Assembly: GCA_964022305.1 (NCBI GenBank)
Contig: CAXIBI010000001.1
Coordinates: forward strand, 4,208 to 68,207
Direction: 5' to 3'
From: an uncultured Hyphomicrobiales bacterium
GTDB lineage: Bacteria; Pseudomonadota; Alphaproteobacteria; Rhizobiales; HXMU1428-3
DNA length: 64,000 bases
Within the stretch, counting starts at the first letter, position 1, and each line of letters opens with the position of its first letter. The position numbers were made by a program, and so were the translations under genes. The notes beneath the pieces are model-generated. The model saw only the letters and a program-made list of their open reading frames with translations. It ran no database searches and was not told where the DNA came from. This document shows, piece by piece, positions 1-9,652 of the stretch.

Positions 1-177
1 TTGCGCCTAATCTACAACCAAATTGGCTCTTACCAAAAGTAGTTAATTTATGAGTCTACGACCTAAACCGTTTCTACTCTGTTTAATTGACAATCATATG
101 ACAAATCAATGGTTCAAAATGACTATTAAGTAGATTGGAAGAGAGTGGTGGTTAAGTTAAAAATTTAAATTCAGCAT

Positions 178-222
178 AAAAAAACACCATCTCCAAATGG
201 GGGCTTGGAGATGGTGTTTTTG
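178..222 (-). terminator. Rho-independent (bidirectional) terminator downstream of the PAS-MCP gene
   Basis: Perfect 12-bp stem caccatctccaa / ttggagatggtg (185-196 / 205-216), with an A-run before it and a T-run after it. Confidence 0.7.
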
Positions 223-260
223 TTGTCATTTTTAGAGGAACGTATTGTCCCTTATAAATT

Positions 261-1745
261 TTAGCCAAGTGCGGCTGAACTTTCTTGTACGCGTTGAGTA
301 GCGACATCAACCATTTCAGTTGCTTGCGCGATCTCATTCACACCGTTTGAAATTTCGTTCACACCATCAGCTGCTGTTTGCATGTTTGCTGACATGTTAC
401 CTGTTACTGCTGATTGCTCTTCAACAGCGGCTGAAATAATGGATGAAATCTCATTAATCTTGCCAATGGTTTCAGTGATCGTTTGAATGGCTGTTACAGC
501 CTCTTCAGTTGTTGATTGCACCATGGCGATCTGATTACTGATTTCTTCTGTCGCATTCGCTGTTTGGCCGGCTAGTGATTTAACTTCACTTGCCACAACT
601 GCGAAGCCTTTACCGGCTTCACCCGCTCTAGCTGATTCAATTGTCGCGTTAAGCGCTAGAAGGTTTGTTTGCTCAGCGATTTCTGAGATGAGGCTAACCA
701 CATCACCAATTTTCTGAGCTGCTGTTGCAAGCCCTGAGATAATTGTATTTGTATTGTCAGCTTGTGATACCGCTTGCATTGAAATTTCAAGAGCGTTGCT
801 CACTTGCTGGTTAATTTCTTGAACTGATGAAGCCAGCTCTTCTAGGCCACCGGCAACTGCTTGCACGTTTTGTGATGTTTGACCAGAGGCTGAGGCAGCT
901 TCAGTTGCTTGAGAGCTTGCGTTCATCACAGCATCTCTAATCTCAGTAATCCCTTGATTAATATCTGTTTGTGCTTCTTCACGGCGCATACGATCCGACA
1001 CAGCTTGTGTTCTATCTGTTGCAAATTTTACCACTTTATATGGTTTGCCGTTCATATCAAAAATTGGGTTATAGCTGGCTTCGATCCAGATTTCATTGCC
1101 GCCTTTACCATGGCGTTTATATTCACCAGCTTGGAATTCACCGCGTGCCAACGCATCCCAGAATTGTTGATAGCTGGCTGAATTTGCTTCAGCTGGATCC
1201 ACAAACATACGGTGGTGTTTGCCTTGGATCTCATCCAAGGAATACCCAACTGCACCTAGAAAGTTACTATTTGCTGTTTGAATGTTGCCGGCTAGATCAA
1301 ACTCGATAACCGCTTGAGAACGGCTTATTGCATTCACTTGGCCCAAAAAGTCAGCATATTCTAATTTTTGCGCTGTGATATCAGAAGCAAATTTGACGAC
1401 TTTATAAACTTTACCGTTTTTATCACAGATTGGGTTGTAAGAGGCTTGGATCCAAATTTCTTTGCCACCTTTAGCAACGCGTCTAAATTCTTGTGATTTA
1501 AACTCACCAGCAGCCAATTCTGACCAGAAAGTGCGGTATTCTGCGCCATTCGCTTCTTCTGGATCTACAAACATAGAGTGATGTTTGCCTTGAATTTCCT
1601 CTAAAGTATAGCCTATGGCTGCAAGGAAGTTCGCATTGGCGGTAATGATTGTACCATCTGTTTCAAACTCAATTACAGCCTGAGATTTATCTAAAGCGTC
1701 TAATTTAGCTTGAGCATCATTATTGGAGTTTGAAATAGAAAACAT
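261..1745 (-). CDS. Soluble methyl-accepting chemotaxis protein with two N-terminal PAS domains
   Basis: 494-aa ORF. Two tandem PAS-like modules (QAVIEF..G.I..AN.NFL.A.GY.L.EIQGKHH.MFVDP occurs twice). C-terminal MCP signalling hairpin [34 protein letters not shown]. No TM segment. Confidence 0.9.
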   Translation of the reverse strand: MFSISNSNNDAQAKLDALDKSQAVIEFETDGTIITANANFLAAIGYTLEEIQGKHHSMFVDPEEANGAEYRTFWSELAAGEFKSQEFRRVAKGGKEIWIQASYNPICDKNGKVYKVVKFASDITAQKLEYADFLGQVNAISRSQAVIEFDLAGNIQTANSNFLGAVGYSLDEIQGKHHRMFVDPAEANSASYQQFWDALARGEFQAGEYKRHGKGGNEIWIEASYNPIFDMNGKPYKVVKFATDRTQAVSDRMRREEAQTDINQGITEIRDAVMNASSQATEAASASGQTSQNVQAVAGGLEELASSVQEINQQVSNALEISMQAVSQADNTNTIISGLATAAQKIGDVVSLISEIAEQTNLLALNATIESARAGEAGKGFAVVASEVKSLAGQTANATEEISNQIAMVQSTTEEAVTAIQTITETIGKINEISSIISAAVEEQSAVTGNMSANMQTAADGVNEISNGVNEIAQATEMVDVATQRVQESSAALG

Positions 1746-2087
1746 GATTTGAACCCTTAAATCATCAATGAAGATTTTATTTATATTGCTGAATATAAAT
1801 GGGCAAAGTTAATGAATATCTAATTATCGTGGGGAAGAAGATTAAAGGCCTTAAAAAATAATCTATTGATATTGTTGTGTTTTTTTACTTCTTCGTTTTT
1901 TTTTATTTACCTTTGATGACATTTTTCTATCAAAAACCCTAATTGATACGCAAATTGTTGCAAATCAATGTTCATTTCGCACTTGTCATCTGGGAGAAAT
2001 TTGCTTATTTCCTTGTCATTCGGGTTTTAAGCCAGCTAGCAGATATGTGTTTGGCCAATTTTTACTCACAATTTTCAGTCACAAATA

Positions 2088-2116
2088 CTTGTCGTACTTG
2101 GGCTAGCTACCTATAT
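2088..2116 (+). promoter_or_regulatory. Candidate RpoH (sigma-32)-type heat-shock promoter for dnaK
   Basis: CTTGTC-N16-CCTATAT fits the alphaproteobacterial CTTG-N16-18-CYTATNT pattern, about 240 nt upstream of dnaK. This is a sequence match only. Confidence 0.3.
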
Positions 2117-2352
2117 ACAAGCTATCGGACTAAGCTATTTTAAGCGCTTTGATGCTTGTGAAGCTTAATGATGCGGAATAGCAAATTTTAAGAAACCGCG
2201 TTTTGCAAGGACTAATCTTAAGCCTTCTCTTAAGCCCTTAAACACATTCAGTTTAAGGACCTCGAGGCTGATTATGTATCTTCACTCTGGTTAGTTAAGA
2301 AAAGACCAGTTTATAAAATGCGGTTTGTTTAAGGAATATGAAGGCAGAGGAA

Positions 2353-4287
2353 ATGTCGAAAGTTATCGGAATTGATTTAGGGACCACAAACAGCTGTGTA
2401 TCTGTTATGGATGGTTCTGCTCCAAAAGTAATTGAAAATGCTGAAGGCGTTCGCACTACGCCATCAATGGTCGCGTTTACCGATGATGATGAGCGTCTGG
2501 TTGGTTTGCCGGCAAAGCGTCAAGCTGTAACCAATCCAGAAAATACGTTATTTGCAATTAAACGTCTTATTGGTCGCCGTTTTGATGACCCTACTGTGAA
2601 AAAGGACCAAAAGCTGGTTCCTTACAATATCATCAAGGCAGATAATGGCGATGCCTGGGTTGAAGCACAGGGCAAACAATATTCACCGTCTCAAGTTTCT
2701 GCGTTTATCTTGCAAAAAATGAAAGAAACGGCTGAGAGTTATCTTGGTTCAGATGTGACACAAGCTGTGATTACTGTTCCAGCTTATTTTAATGATGCAC
2801 AACGTCAAGCAACAAAAGATGCGGGTAAAATTGCTGGTCTTGAAGTTCTGCGGATTATCAATGAGCCAACTGCAGCGGCTCTTGCTTATGGCCTTGATCG
2901 CAATGAAGGCGCAACCATCGCCGTTTATGACCTTGGTGGTGGTACATTTGACGTTTCTATCCTTGAAATTGGCGATGGCGTTTTTGAAGTAAAATCTACC
3001 AATGGTGATACATTCCTAGGTGGTGAAGACTTTGACATGCGTCTTGTTGATTATCTCGCTGATGAGTTCAAGAAAGAAAACTCAATTGACCTGCGTAGCG
3101 ATAAGCTTGCTCTTCAACGCCTGAAAGAAGCGGCTGAAAAAGCAAAGATTGAACTTTCTTCAGCTACTCAAACAGAGATTAACCTGCCATTTATCACTGC
3201 AGATCAATCTGGCCCAAAACACCTCACCATGAAACTAACACGCTCTAAACTTGAGAGCTTGGTTGATGATTTGGTGAAACGTACAATTGCTCCTATGGAA
3301 AATGCTCTGAAAGATGCTGGCCTGAAAGCTGGCGATGTTGATGAGATTGTTCTTGTTGGTGGTATGACACGGATGCCGAAGATCACAGAGACTGTGAAAT
3401 CATTCTTTGGTAAAGAGCCTAACAAAGGCGTAAACCCTGATGAAGTGGTGGCTATGGGTGCTGCTATTCAGGGCGGTGTTCTACAAGGTGATGTTAAAGA
3501 CGTTCTTCTTCTCGACGTAACGCCGCTATCTCTTGGTATTGAAACTAAGGGTGGTCGTTTCACGCGCTTGATTGATCGTAATACTACTATCCCTACTAAG
3601 AAGAGCCAAATTTTCTCAACTGCTGAAGATAACCAGGATGCTGTGACAATCCGGGTGTTCCAAGGTGAGCGTGAAATGGCTATGGATAATAAATTGCTTG
3701 GCCAATTTAACCTGGTTGGTATTCCACCTGCACCAAGTGGCATGCCTCAAATTGAAGTGACTTTTGATATTGATGCCAACGGCCTTGTAAATGTTGCCGC
3801 GCAAGATAAAGCAACAGGCAAAGAGCACTCAATTCGCATTCAAGCCTCTGGCGGACTTTCAGATGATGATATTGAGCAAATGGTGAAAGATGCTGAGTCT
3901 CATGCTGAAGAAGATCGCAAACGCGCTGAACTTGTTGACGCAAGAAACCAAGCTGAAGCTCGCATTCACTCAACTGAGAAGAGCTTAGAAGAGTTTGCTG
4001 ACAAAGTTGGTGAAGAAGATAAAGAAACCATCGGCATTGCTTTGGAAGAATTGAAAGCGGCTGTTGAGGGTGAAGATATTGATGCGATTAATGCAAAATC
4101 TGAAGCCTTAGCACAAGCTGCTATGAAGCTTGGTGAAGCTATGTATAAAGATGCAAACCCTGAAGAGGGTGAGGCGTCTGATGACAGCTATGATCCAAGT
4201 GCTGATCAGCCTCAAGATGATGATATCGTCGACGCTGATTTTGAAGAAGTAAAAGATGATGATAACGAAGATAAAAAATCTGCTTAA
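2353..4287 (+). CDS. dnaK: Molecular chaperone DnaK (Hsp70)
   Basis: [18 protein letters not shown] and [11 protein letters not shown] motifs, plus an acidic C-terminus. The start is placed at ATG 2353 (MSKVIG...), behind an AGAGGAA Shine-Dalgarno. The track ORF begins 15 nt earlier, at 2338. Confidence 0.97.
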   Translation: MSKVIGIDLGTTNSCVSVMDGSAPKVIENAEGVRTTPSMVAFTDDDERLVGLPAKRQAVTNPENTLFAIKRLIGRRFDDPTVKKDQKLVPYNIIKADNGDAWVEAQGKQYSPSQVSAFILQKMKETAESYLGSDVTQAVITVPAYFNDAQRQATKDAGKIAGLEVLRIINEPTAAALAYGLDRNEGATIAVYDLGGGTFDVSILEIGDGVFEVKSTNGDTFLGGEDFDMRLVDYLADEFKKENSIDLRSDKLALQRLKEAAEKAKIELSSATQTEINLPFITADQSGPKHLTMKLTRSKLESLVDDLVKRTIAPMENALKDAGLKAGDVDEIVLVGGMTRMPKITETVKSFFGKEPNKGVNPDEVVAMGAAIQGGVLQGDVKDVLLLDVTPLSLGIETKGGRFTRLIDRNTTIPTKKSQIFSTAEDNQDAVTIRVFQGEREMAMDNKLLGQFNLVGIPPAPSGMPQIEVTFDIDANGLVNVAAQDKATGKEHSIRIQASGGLSDDDIEQMVKDAESHAEEDRKRAELVDARNQAEARIHSTEKSLEEFADKVGEEDKETIGIALEELKAAVEGEDIDAINAKSEALAQAAMKLGEAMYKDANPEEGEASDDSYDPSADQPQDDDIVDADFEEVKDDDNEDKKSA

Positions 4288-4305
4288 GTGATTTTATTCT
4301 TTCTT

Positions 4306-4340
4306 GTTCCGCCGGAATTTTCCGGCGGAACTATTTTATT
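4306..4340 (+). terminator. Hairpin/attenuator between dnaK and dnaJ
   Basis: Stem gttccgccgga / tccggcggaac (4306-4316 / 4321-4331), followed by a T-rich tract tattttattt. Confidence 0.55.
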
Positions 4341-4476
4341 TCTTTATACATATTGTTTAAATAATAGAGACACTATCTCATCTCGACCTTTGGCTGCATT
4401 TCAGGTAAAACCTCACCGTCAAAATTAATAAAACCTGAGATGGACAGATAAAAAAATTTAGTAGAGGCAAAGCTAA

Positions 4477-5634
4477 ATGGCAAAGCGTGATTATTATGAA
4501 GTCTTAGGTGTTGACCGCGATGCCGATGAAAAGCAGTTAAAATCAGCTTTTAGAAAGCTTGCTAAAGAACTCCATCCTGACCGCAATCCAGGTGATGAAG
4601 AAGCTGAAATTAAATTTAAAGAAGTTAATGAAGCTTATGAAATCTTAAAAGACCCTCAAAAACGCGCTGCCTACAATCAACTTGGCCATGCAGCTTTTGA
4701 TGGTGGTGGCTATGGTCCCGGCGGTGGTGCCGGTTTTGACAGCGACTTTGGCGCCTCTATGTCTGATATTTTTGATGATTTATTTGGCGACTTTATGGGA
4801 GGTGCTGGCGGTGGCGCACGGCGCCAAAAAACACGCAGTGGTCAAGAGCGCGGTGCTGACTTGCGCTATAATATGGAAATTTCCCTCAAAGACGCTTTTA
4901 ATGGAAAAACTGCTGAAATTACTGTTCCAAGTTCTGTTACCTGTGAGACATGTGATGGCTCTGGTGCAAAAAAAGGAACAACACCGAGTGTATGTTCGTC
5001 TTGCGGAGGACTTGGTAAAGTTCGTGCAAGCCAAGGCTTTTTCACAATAGAGCGCACTTGTCCTGCTTGTCATGGCAGAGGGGAAATTATTGCTGACCCT
5101 TGCTCTGATTGCTCTGGTTCTGGTCGCATAACCAAAGAACGCATCTTAAGCGTGAATATCCCAGCTGGTGTTGAAGATGGCACACGCATTCGCCTTGCTG
5201 GCGAAGGTGAAGCCGGCCTTCGCGGCGGTCCCTCTGGAGATCTCTATATCTTCCTTACGATCGAGCCTCATGAAATCTTTAGCCGCGATGGGGCTGACAT
5301 TTTTTGCAAAGTACCGATTTCAATGATCACCGCAGCGCTTGGTGGACAGATTGATGTTCCAACCGTCAATGGTGAACGCACTCGTATGAAAATTCCTGAA
5401 GGTACTTCAACGGCTAAACAATTCCGCCTCAAAGGTAAGGGTATGCCGGTGCTTCGCTCAAAAGCGTCTGGGGATATGTATGTTCAGGTTGAGGTGGAAA
5501 CACCTAAAAATCTATCACGGCGCCAGAAAGACCTTTTAAAGGACTTTGAAAAAGCCTCAAGCGAAGATACGAACCCTGAATCAACCAGCTTCTTTGCTCA
5601 GGTTAAAGATTTTTTTGATAAATCTTCGGATTAA
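4477..5634 (+). CDS. dnaJ: Co-chaperone DnaJ
   Basis: J domain with an HPD motif (LHPDRNPG), a G/F-rich linker, and four CxxCxGxG zinc-finger repeats ([32 protein letters not shown]). Confidence 0.97.
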   Translation: MAKRDYYEVLGVDRDADEKQLKSAFRKLAKELHPDRNPGDEEAEIKFKEVNEAYEILKDPQKRAAYNQLGHAAFDGGGYGPGGGAGFDSDFGASMSDIFDDLFGDFMGGAGGGARRQKTRSGQERGADLRYNMEISLKDAFNGKTAEITVPSSVTCETCDGSGAKKGTTPSVCSSCGGLGKVRASQGFFTIERTCPACHGRGEIIADPCSDCSGSGRITKERILSVNIPAGVEDGTRIRLAGEGEAGLRGGPSGDLYIFLTIEPHEIFSRDGADIFCKVPISMITAALGGQIDVPTVNGERTRMKIPEGTSTAKQFRLKGKGMPVLRSKASGDMYVQVEVETPKNLSRRQKDLLKDFEKASSEDTNPESTSFFAQVKDFFDKSSD

Positions 5635-5644
5635 GAGTCTGTTT

Positions 5645-5755
5645 TCTCTCACGGCTATTCCTCGCTCCGCTCGGGCCTCCGAGAGGCGGCGCTAAGCGCC
5701 GGGCAGCTCGCGCTGCCATGTCCCATTGCCCGAAAAGGGCAATGCTCCTTCTTCA
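5645..5755 (+). repeat. Modular intergenic repeat, copy A (directly 3' of dnaJ)
   Basis: Left box TCTCTCACGGCTATT, central GGCGCTAAGCGCC hairpin, GCCATGTCC, hairpin cattgccc-gaaaa-gggcaatg, right box CTCCTTCTTC. The same layout recurs at 12419, 16311, 24350, 24606, 49345 and 54875. Confidence 0.85.
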
Positions 5756-5785
5756 TGCAGCAAGATTTTCACTTATATCTTTTTA

Positions 5786-5832
5786 TTTTCTCGTGGCTAT
5801 TCTTCTGTACGCGGTCCTTTAGGTTGCCCACC
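5786..5832 (+). repeat. Decayed second repeat copy (left box plus half palindromic unit)
   Basis: ttctcgtggctattc resembles the left box. aggttgcccacc is the left half of the GGTTGCCCAC-NN-GCAACC unit, and the right arm is missing. Confidence 0.4.
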
Positions 5833-6051
5833 TTCACGAGAATGAGAGATTTGGTCAAGCCTTTGCTCTCATTTGCGCGAGTGGTCTTCACGCCAGCGTG
5901 AGAACTGATCACGAAACACCTCTCTTTCCACCTCAATTATCAAACGATTTCACACGGCTGTGAGGTCCTCTTTTTTTCTTCTCCAACCTGCCTCATATTC
6001 TTTTCAACAGCCACACGGTGTGGTTCAAAAATTAAATTTGGAGAATACGTT

Positions 6052-6228
6052 ATGAAAAAACTTTTCGCTTTATCAGTTGTTTTACTTTCACTTGTTGGTG
6101 GTTCTGTTTCTGCTTTTGCAGATGAGCGCCCAGTATTTTACCCAGAGAGTTTCGATAATGTTCATGGCATTCAATATCCTGAAACTTTCGATAATGCTCA
6201 CGGCATTAGCTACCCTCAGCTTCCATAA
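6052..6228 (+). CDS. Small secreted peptide (58 aa) with an internal tandem repeat, not in the ORF track
   Basis: ATG 6052 is preceded by GGAGAA. Translation: MKKLFALSVVLLSLVGGSVSAFA / DERPVFYPESFDNVHGIQYPETFDNAHGISYPQLP. It has a typical Sec signal peptide with an AFA cleavage motif and a duplicated YPE(S/T)FDN(V/A)HGI(Q/S)YP unit. Confidence 0.45.
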   Translation: MKKLFALSVVLLSLVGGSVSAFADERPVFYPESFDNVHGIQYPETFDNAHGISYPQLP

Positions 6229-6278
6229 GCTTAAGGTACAAGAGCACTACTTTTAAAATATAGAATGGGCTGACTTTA

Positions 6279-6297
6279 CCCCTCCCTCCCCCTCCCC
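6279..6297 (-). other. Canonical G-quadruplex motif (G4-A-G5-A-G3-A-G4 on the minus strand)
   Basis: The plus strand reads cccctccctccccctcccc. That gives four G-runs of at least 3 separated by single-nt loops on the minus strand, in otherwise AT-rich non-coding DNA. Confidence 0.6.
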
Positions 6298-6383
6298 AAT
6301 TAAATTTGGCTCATTCTTTTTCGGCGTTCCTTATTCCCTAAAACCGGTATCCACTTTTAGGCGGAGCGCTGAATTCTCCAAAG

Positions 6384-6431
6384 CGCCAGATCATAATAAG
6401 CTTGTGTGCTAAAAATGGTCTGGCGTTTTTG
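6384..6431 (+). terminator. Possible intrinsic terminator (long-loop hairpin plus T5)
   Basis: Stem cgccagatcat / atggtctggcg (one G-U pair) with a ~20-nt loop, followed by ttttt. It could end the small-peptide transcript or an sRNA. Confidence 0.35.
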
Positions 6432-6557
6432 GTATTTGAGGTGAAAGAGACAGAAATTTTTATTCTTTCTGCACTTCAAAAACTTCCTCTTTGAATTTTC
6501 CACCCTAAGTGTTATGAAACAGCTGAGCTTAAGAAATTTAATAGCTGGGGGGCTGAT

Positions 6558-7145
6558 ATGTCAGTTAAACTCTTATTTTTTGCAGGTAGTAAACGACAAG
6601 CTTCTTTGAATAAAAGATTGGCCAAAGCTGCATCTAATATGGCAGCTGAATTCGGTGCCGAAGTTACATTTATTGACCTCAAAGATTTTGAGATGCCTCT
6701 TTATTGCGGTGACCTTGAAGCAGAGACAGGTGTTCCTGAAGCTGCCCAACGTTTAGCTGAACTTGTACAATCTCATGATGGTGTTTTCATCGCTTCACCT
6801 GAATATAATTCTTCTCTCAGCCCCTTATTAAAAAACACACTTGATTGGGTCTCACGTCTGCGTTCTGATGAGACACCACCACGTACGCCTTGGCACAAAG
6901 CTCAAGTTTTTGCTATCGGTGCTACCAGCATGGGGCCTATGGGGGGATTGCGCGGTATTCAGCTATTATCAGCCCTTTTGATCAATGGCTACCAAGTCAA
7001 TGTCATTCCTCAAACTGTGGCTGTTGGCAAAGGTCATGAAGTATTGGGTGAAGATGGCTCCCTCTCTAATCCTCAATCAGAAGCGATGCTTAGCGGTGCT
7101 ATGAAAGCCTTTGTTGAAACTGCTTCAAAATATAAGAACTTTTAA
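6558..7145 (+). CDS. NADPH-dependent FMN reductase family oxidoreductase
   Basis: LLFFAGSKRQASLNKRLAK (the GSxRxxSxN signature) and SPEYNSSLSPLLKNTLDWVSR are typical of the flavodoxin-like FMN reductase fold. Confidence 0.85.
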   Translation: MSVKLLFFAGSKRQASLNKRLAKAASNMAAEFGAEVTFIDLKDFEMPLYCGDLEAETGVPEAAQRLAELVQSHDGVFIASPEYNSSLSPLLKNTLDWVSRLRSDETPPRTPWHKAQVFAIGATSMGPMGGLRGIQLLSALLINGYQVNVIPQTVAVGKGHEVLGEDGSLSNPQSEAMLSGAMKAFVETASKYKNF

Positions 7146-7160
7146 GAGATCAGAGCACTC

Positions 7161-7847
7161 ATGAATAACCGTTTAATTGTTGCCCTTGACTTTCCGACTG
7201 TAGATGAGGCGCGCACTTGTGTGCAGGAGATTGGCCCTGCATGCCGGTTTTATAAAATTGGCTTAGAGCTATTATTTGCCGGTGGGCAACAGCTTGTTAC
7301 AGAGTTGCTGCATAAAGGGCATCAGGTTTTTGTCGATGCCAAACTCCTGGATATTGGCGCTACCGTTGAAAAATCAACGCGCAACATAGCCAAACTTGGC
7401 GCTGATTTTTTAACTCTGCATGTCACTGACAGTAAAACGCTCAAAGCTGCCATTAAAGGGCGCGGTGATAGTTCGCTTAAACTCCTTGGTGTCACTGTTC
7501 TGACTAATCTTGAACAGACTGATTTGACCGAACAAGGCATTGAAGGCCGCACGCCTAAAGAGCTTGTGCTACACCGGGCGAAACTTGCTTTTGATGCAGG
7601 GTTAGATGGTGTGATCGCTTCAGCTCAAGAGGCGGCTGATATTCGCGAACTTGTTGGGCCTGACTTTTTGATCGTTACTCCAGGCATTCGCCCAAGCGGT
7701 GCAGAAGTTGGTGACCAGGCAAGAGTAACCACGCCAAAAGATGCCATAGGTTTTGGGGCCGATTATATTGTGGTTGGACGCCCCATTACGCAATCAGATG
7801 AGCCAAGAGAAGCGGCTCAAGCCATTCAGGATGAGATTGCTGGGTAA
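7161..7847 (+). CDS. pyrF: Orotidine 5'-phosphate decarboxylase
   Basis: LIVALDFP, YKIGLELLF, VFVDAKLLDIGATV (DxKxxDI) and IVVGRPIT motifs. Confidence 0.95.
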   Translation: MNNRLIVALDFPTVDEARTCVQEIGPACRFYKIGLELLFAGGQQLVTELLHKGHQVFVDAKLLDIGATVEKSTRNIAKLGADFLTLHVTDSKTLKAAIKGRGDSSLKLLGVTVLTNLEQTDLTEQGIEGRTPKELVLHRAKLAFDAGLDGVIASAQEAADIRELVGPDFLIVTPGIRPSGAEVGDQARVTTPKDAIGFGADYIVVGRPITQSDEPREAAQAIQDEIAG

Positions 7848-8038
7848 GGTGATGGCAATGTTACTCAACTTGCAAGAGAACTAAAACCTTTCTTCGTTTG
7901 ATAGCTCAGCCTTGTGCCAAAATCAGTTATGTTGACTTCACATTTTAAAAAAGAGCATAATCAAATTATGCCTCATATAATGAGAGCAGGGTCTTGAGCG
8001 TATCTATCTACTAATCAATAGTTTAGAGAGAAGTAAAT

Positions 8039-8446
8039 ATGAACGAAGAAAGAAATTATAAATTAATTGGAAGCATAACAACGATCCTGGGCCTTGTCGT
8101 GTTTTTCACTAGCTTATGGATTCGCAGTGTAGCGGCAAGCTCTCTTAATATCAATCATACATCTACTCATTCAATATTGTTTATTTTCCTATGCCTCATC
8201 ATATCTATTATTTGCTTTTTTATTGGCAAAAAATATGGAGATGTAATTTACAACACTGTAGCTGGTGGAGCTATTGTTCTTGCAATTTTGTTAGTTATTG
8301 CAGTTCGTATGATGGAAGGTGGTTTATTAAGCTCTACTCCTGATCTGATAATAATTGGACTCATGTTCTGTGGGGTTGTTGCAGTGGCATCTGGTCTAGC
8401 TGCTTTTGGGATTGTTAGCCATCAAAACGCAAATAAAATTGACTAA
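8039..8446 (+). CDS. Small hypothetical membrane protein (about 4 TM)
   Basis: 135-aa ORF with four hydrophobic helices, AGAGAAG upstream, and an AT-rich context. No recognisable family. Confidence 0.5.
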   Translation: MNEERNYKLIGSITTILGLVVFFTSLWIRSVAASSLNINHTSTHSILFIFLCLIISIICFFIGKKYGDVIYNTVAGGAIVLAILLVIAVRMMEGGLLSSTPDLIIIGLMFCGVVAVASGLAAFGIVSHQNANKID

Positions 8447-8557
8447 TAATCAATGTAACAACATATAGTAATATTTAGCTAAATGCATCTCTGATGAAAA
8501 AGGTTTGTTGCGGATCACAAGCAGAACAATAGCTTATCAAAATTTATTTTCTGAAAA

Positions 8558-9538
8558 CTATCTCTTTCTATACCATGGCAGTGGGTAATAATATATGAGT
8601 ATAGCAAGAGCAGCCAAAAGGCCTGTTGTATTGGCAACAGGGCCTTCCCAGCCTGATAACGCAGTTGCCCGTCCGGCGAATGTTGTTGTGCCTTTATAAA
8701 CCAACGTCCCACCTGATGTCTGAAGACCTGCCCCACTTTCCGATATACTATAAATTATCAATGCGATGATACTGAGAGAGACAAGCTGATATATTCCAAA
8801 TGAATGTATATATTTCGCTGAACGCTTCCATATAAAATAATGGAACCCCACAAATATGGATGCCATAAATGCTCCAAGTGTCAGACCGCGAAAAAGAACA
8901 TGAAGAACGATCCATTCATAGAAATAATCCCTCCATGGCTTTCCAGACATGAACTCATCACCCATCATTTTCATCAGGTAAAGCCAAACAATAAAACAAA
9001 TTGCAATCGCAATAATCTGAAAAACGCTCTTTTGCGAAAGATCTGAACCAATGTAATGCTTATTCTCTGGTTGTTTATACCCAAGAGCTTTTAAACGTTT
9101 CACTGCGGATTTTTGTACGTCTGGTGTTATTTCTTCTATAGCAATTTGTTGAAGTACTTGCTCATCATCAATAGCTTTTATTGCTAGTTTTTGTACATCA
9201 GGATCAGAATCATACTGAGCGATTTTATTTAATTTCGCACTGTCCGCTTTAATCAGCTTTCTGCATTTTTTAATTCCTATCGACGCTGTCAATATAAGAA
9301 ACAGAACGGAAAGAATACTAAGGCCAATGAAAACAGCGTACTCGCCTTCTTTTCCGATGTCGAAAGGCTCGAAAAAAGAGGGCATGTCTTCCCCGTTCCA
9401 AAAGCTAATGGGAAGATAGATTATCCATGAAAGCCAGTAATTAATCGGTTGAAGGCTACTAATCCAATAGCATAGACCAAGGGTAACTAAAAAAACAATG
9501 GATGCTGTAAGCCTTCTTAATTCCGGATCTTCATCCAT
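8558..9538 (-). CDS. Hypothetical polytopic membrane protein with a short HEAT-like repeat loop
   Basis: 326-aa ORF with several TM helices. The central soluble loop has a repeated DPDVQKLAIKAI / TPDVQKSAVKRL motif (HEAT/PBS-lyase-like). Confidence 0.6.
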   Translation of the reverse strand: MDEDPELRRLTASIVFLVTLGLCYWISSLQPINYWLSWIIYLPISFWNGEDMPSFFEPFDIGKEGEYAVFIGLSILSVLFLILTASIGIKKCRKLIKADSAKLNKIAQYDSDPDVQKLAIKAIDDEQVLQQIAIEEITPDVQKSAVKRLKALGYKQPENKHYIGSDLSQKSVFQIIAIAICFIVWLYLMKMMGDEFMSGKPWRDYFYEWIVLHVLFRGLTLGAFMASIFVGFHYFIWKRSAKYIHSFGIYQLVSLSIIALIIYSISESGAGLQTSGGTLVYKGTTTFAGRATALSGWEGPVANTTGLLAALAILIYYYPLPWYRKR

Positions 9539-9621
9539 AGCTCCTCCGATATAGAATATATAACTTTCAAACTAATATAGTTTACAGCTCATATTAGACA
9601 AAACCATTCGCGTTTAGAATT

Positions 9622-9650
9622 GCGCTTCAGTTGCCCACGAAAAACCGCGC
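9622..9650 (+). repeat. Degenerate palindromic unit (PU)
   Basis: gcgcttcagttgcccacgaaaaaccgcgc is a diverged version of GCGCTTCAGGTTGCCCAC-NN-GCAACCGCGC. Confidence 0.5.
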
Positions 9651-9652
9651 AC

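Noticed and set aside
2792-3973. Several 60-90-aa ORFs inside dnaK, on either strand or in alternative frames (also similar ORFs inside dnaJ, ispG, the flagellin gene, flgI and the MCP genes)
   Set aside because: They are fully embedded in strongly supported genes and have no SD or family resemblance. They are typical shadow ORFs.
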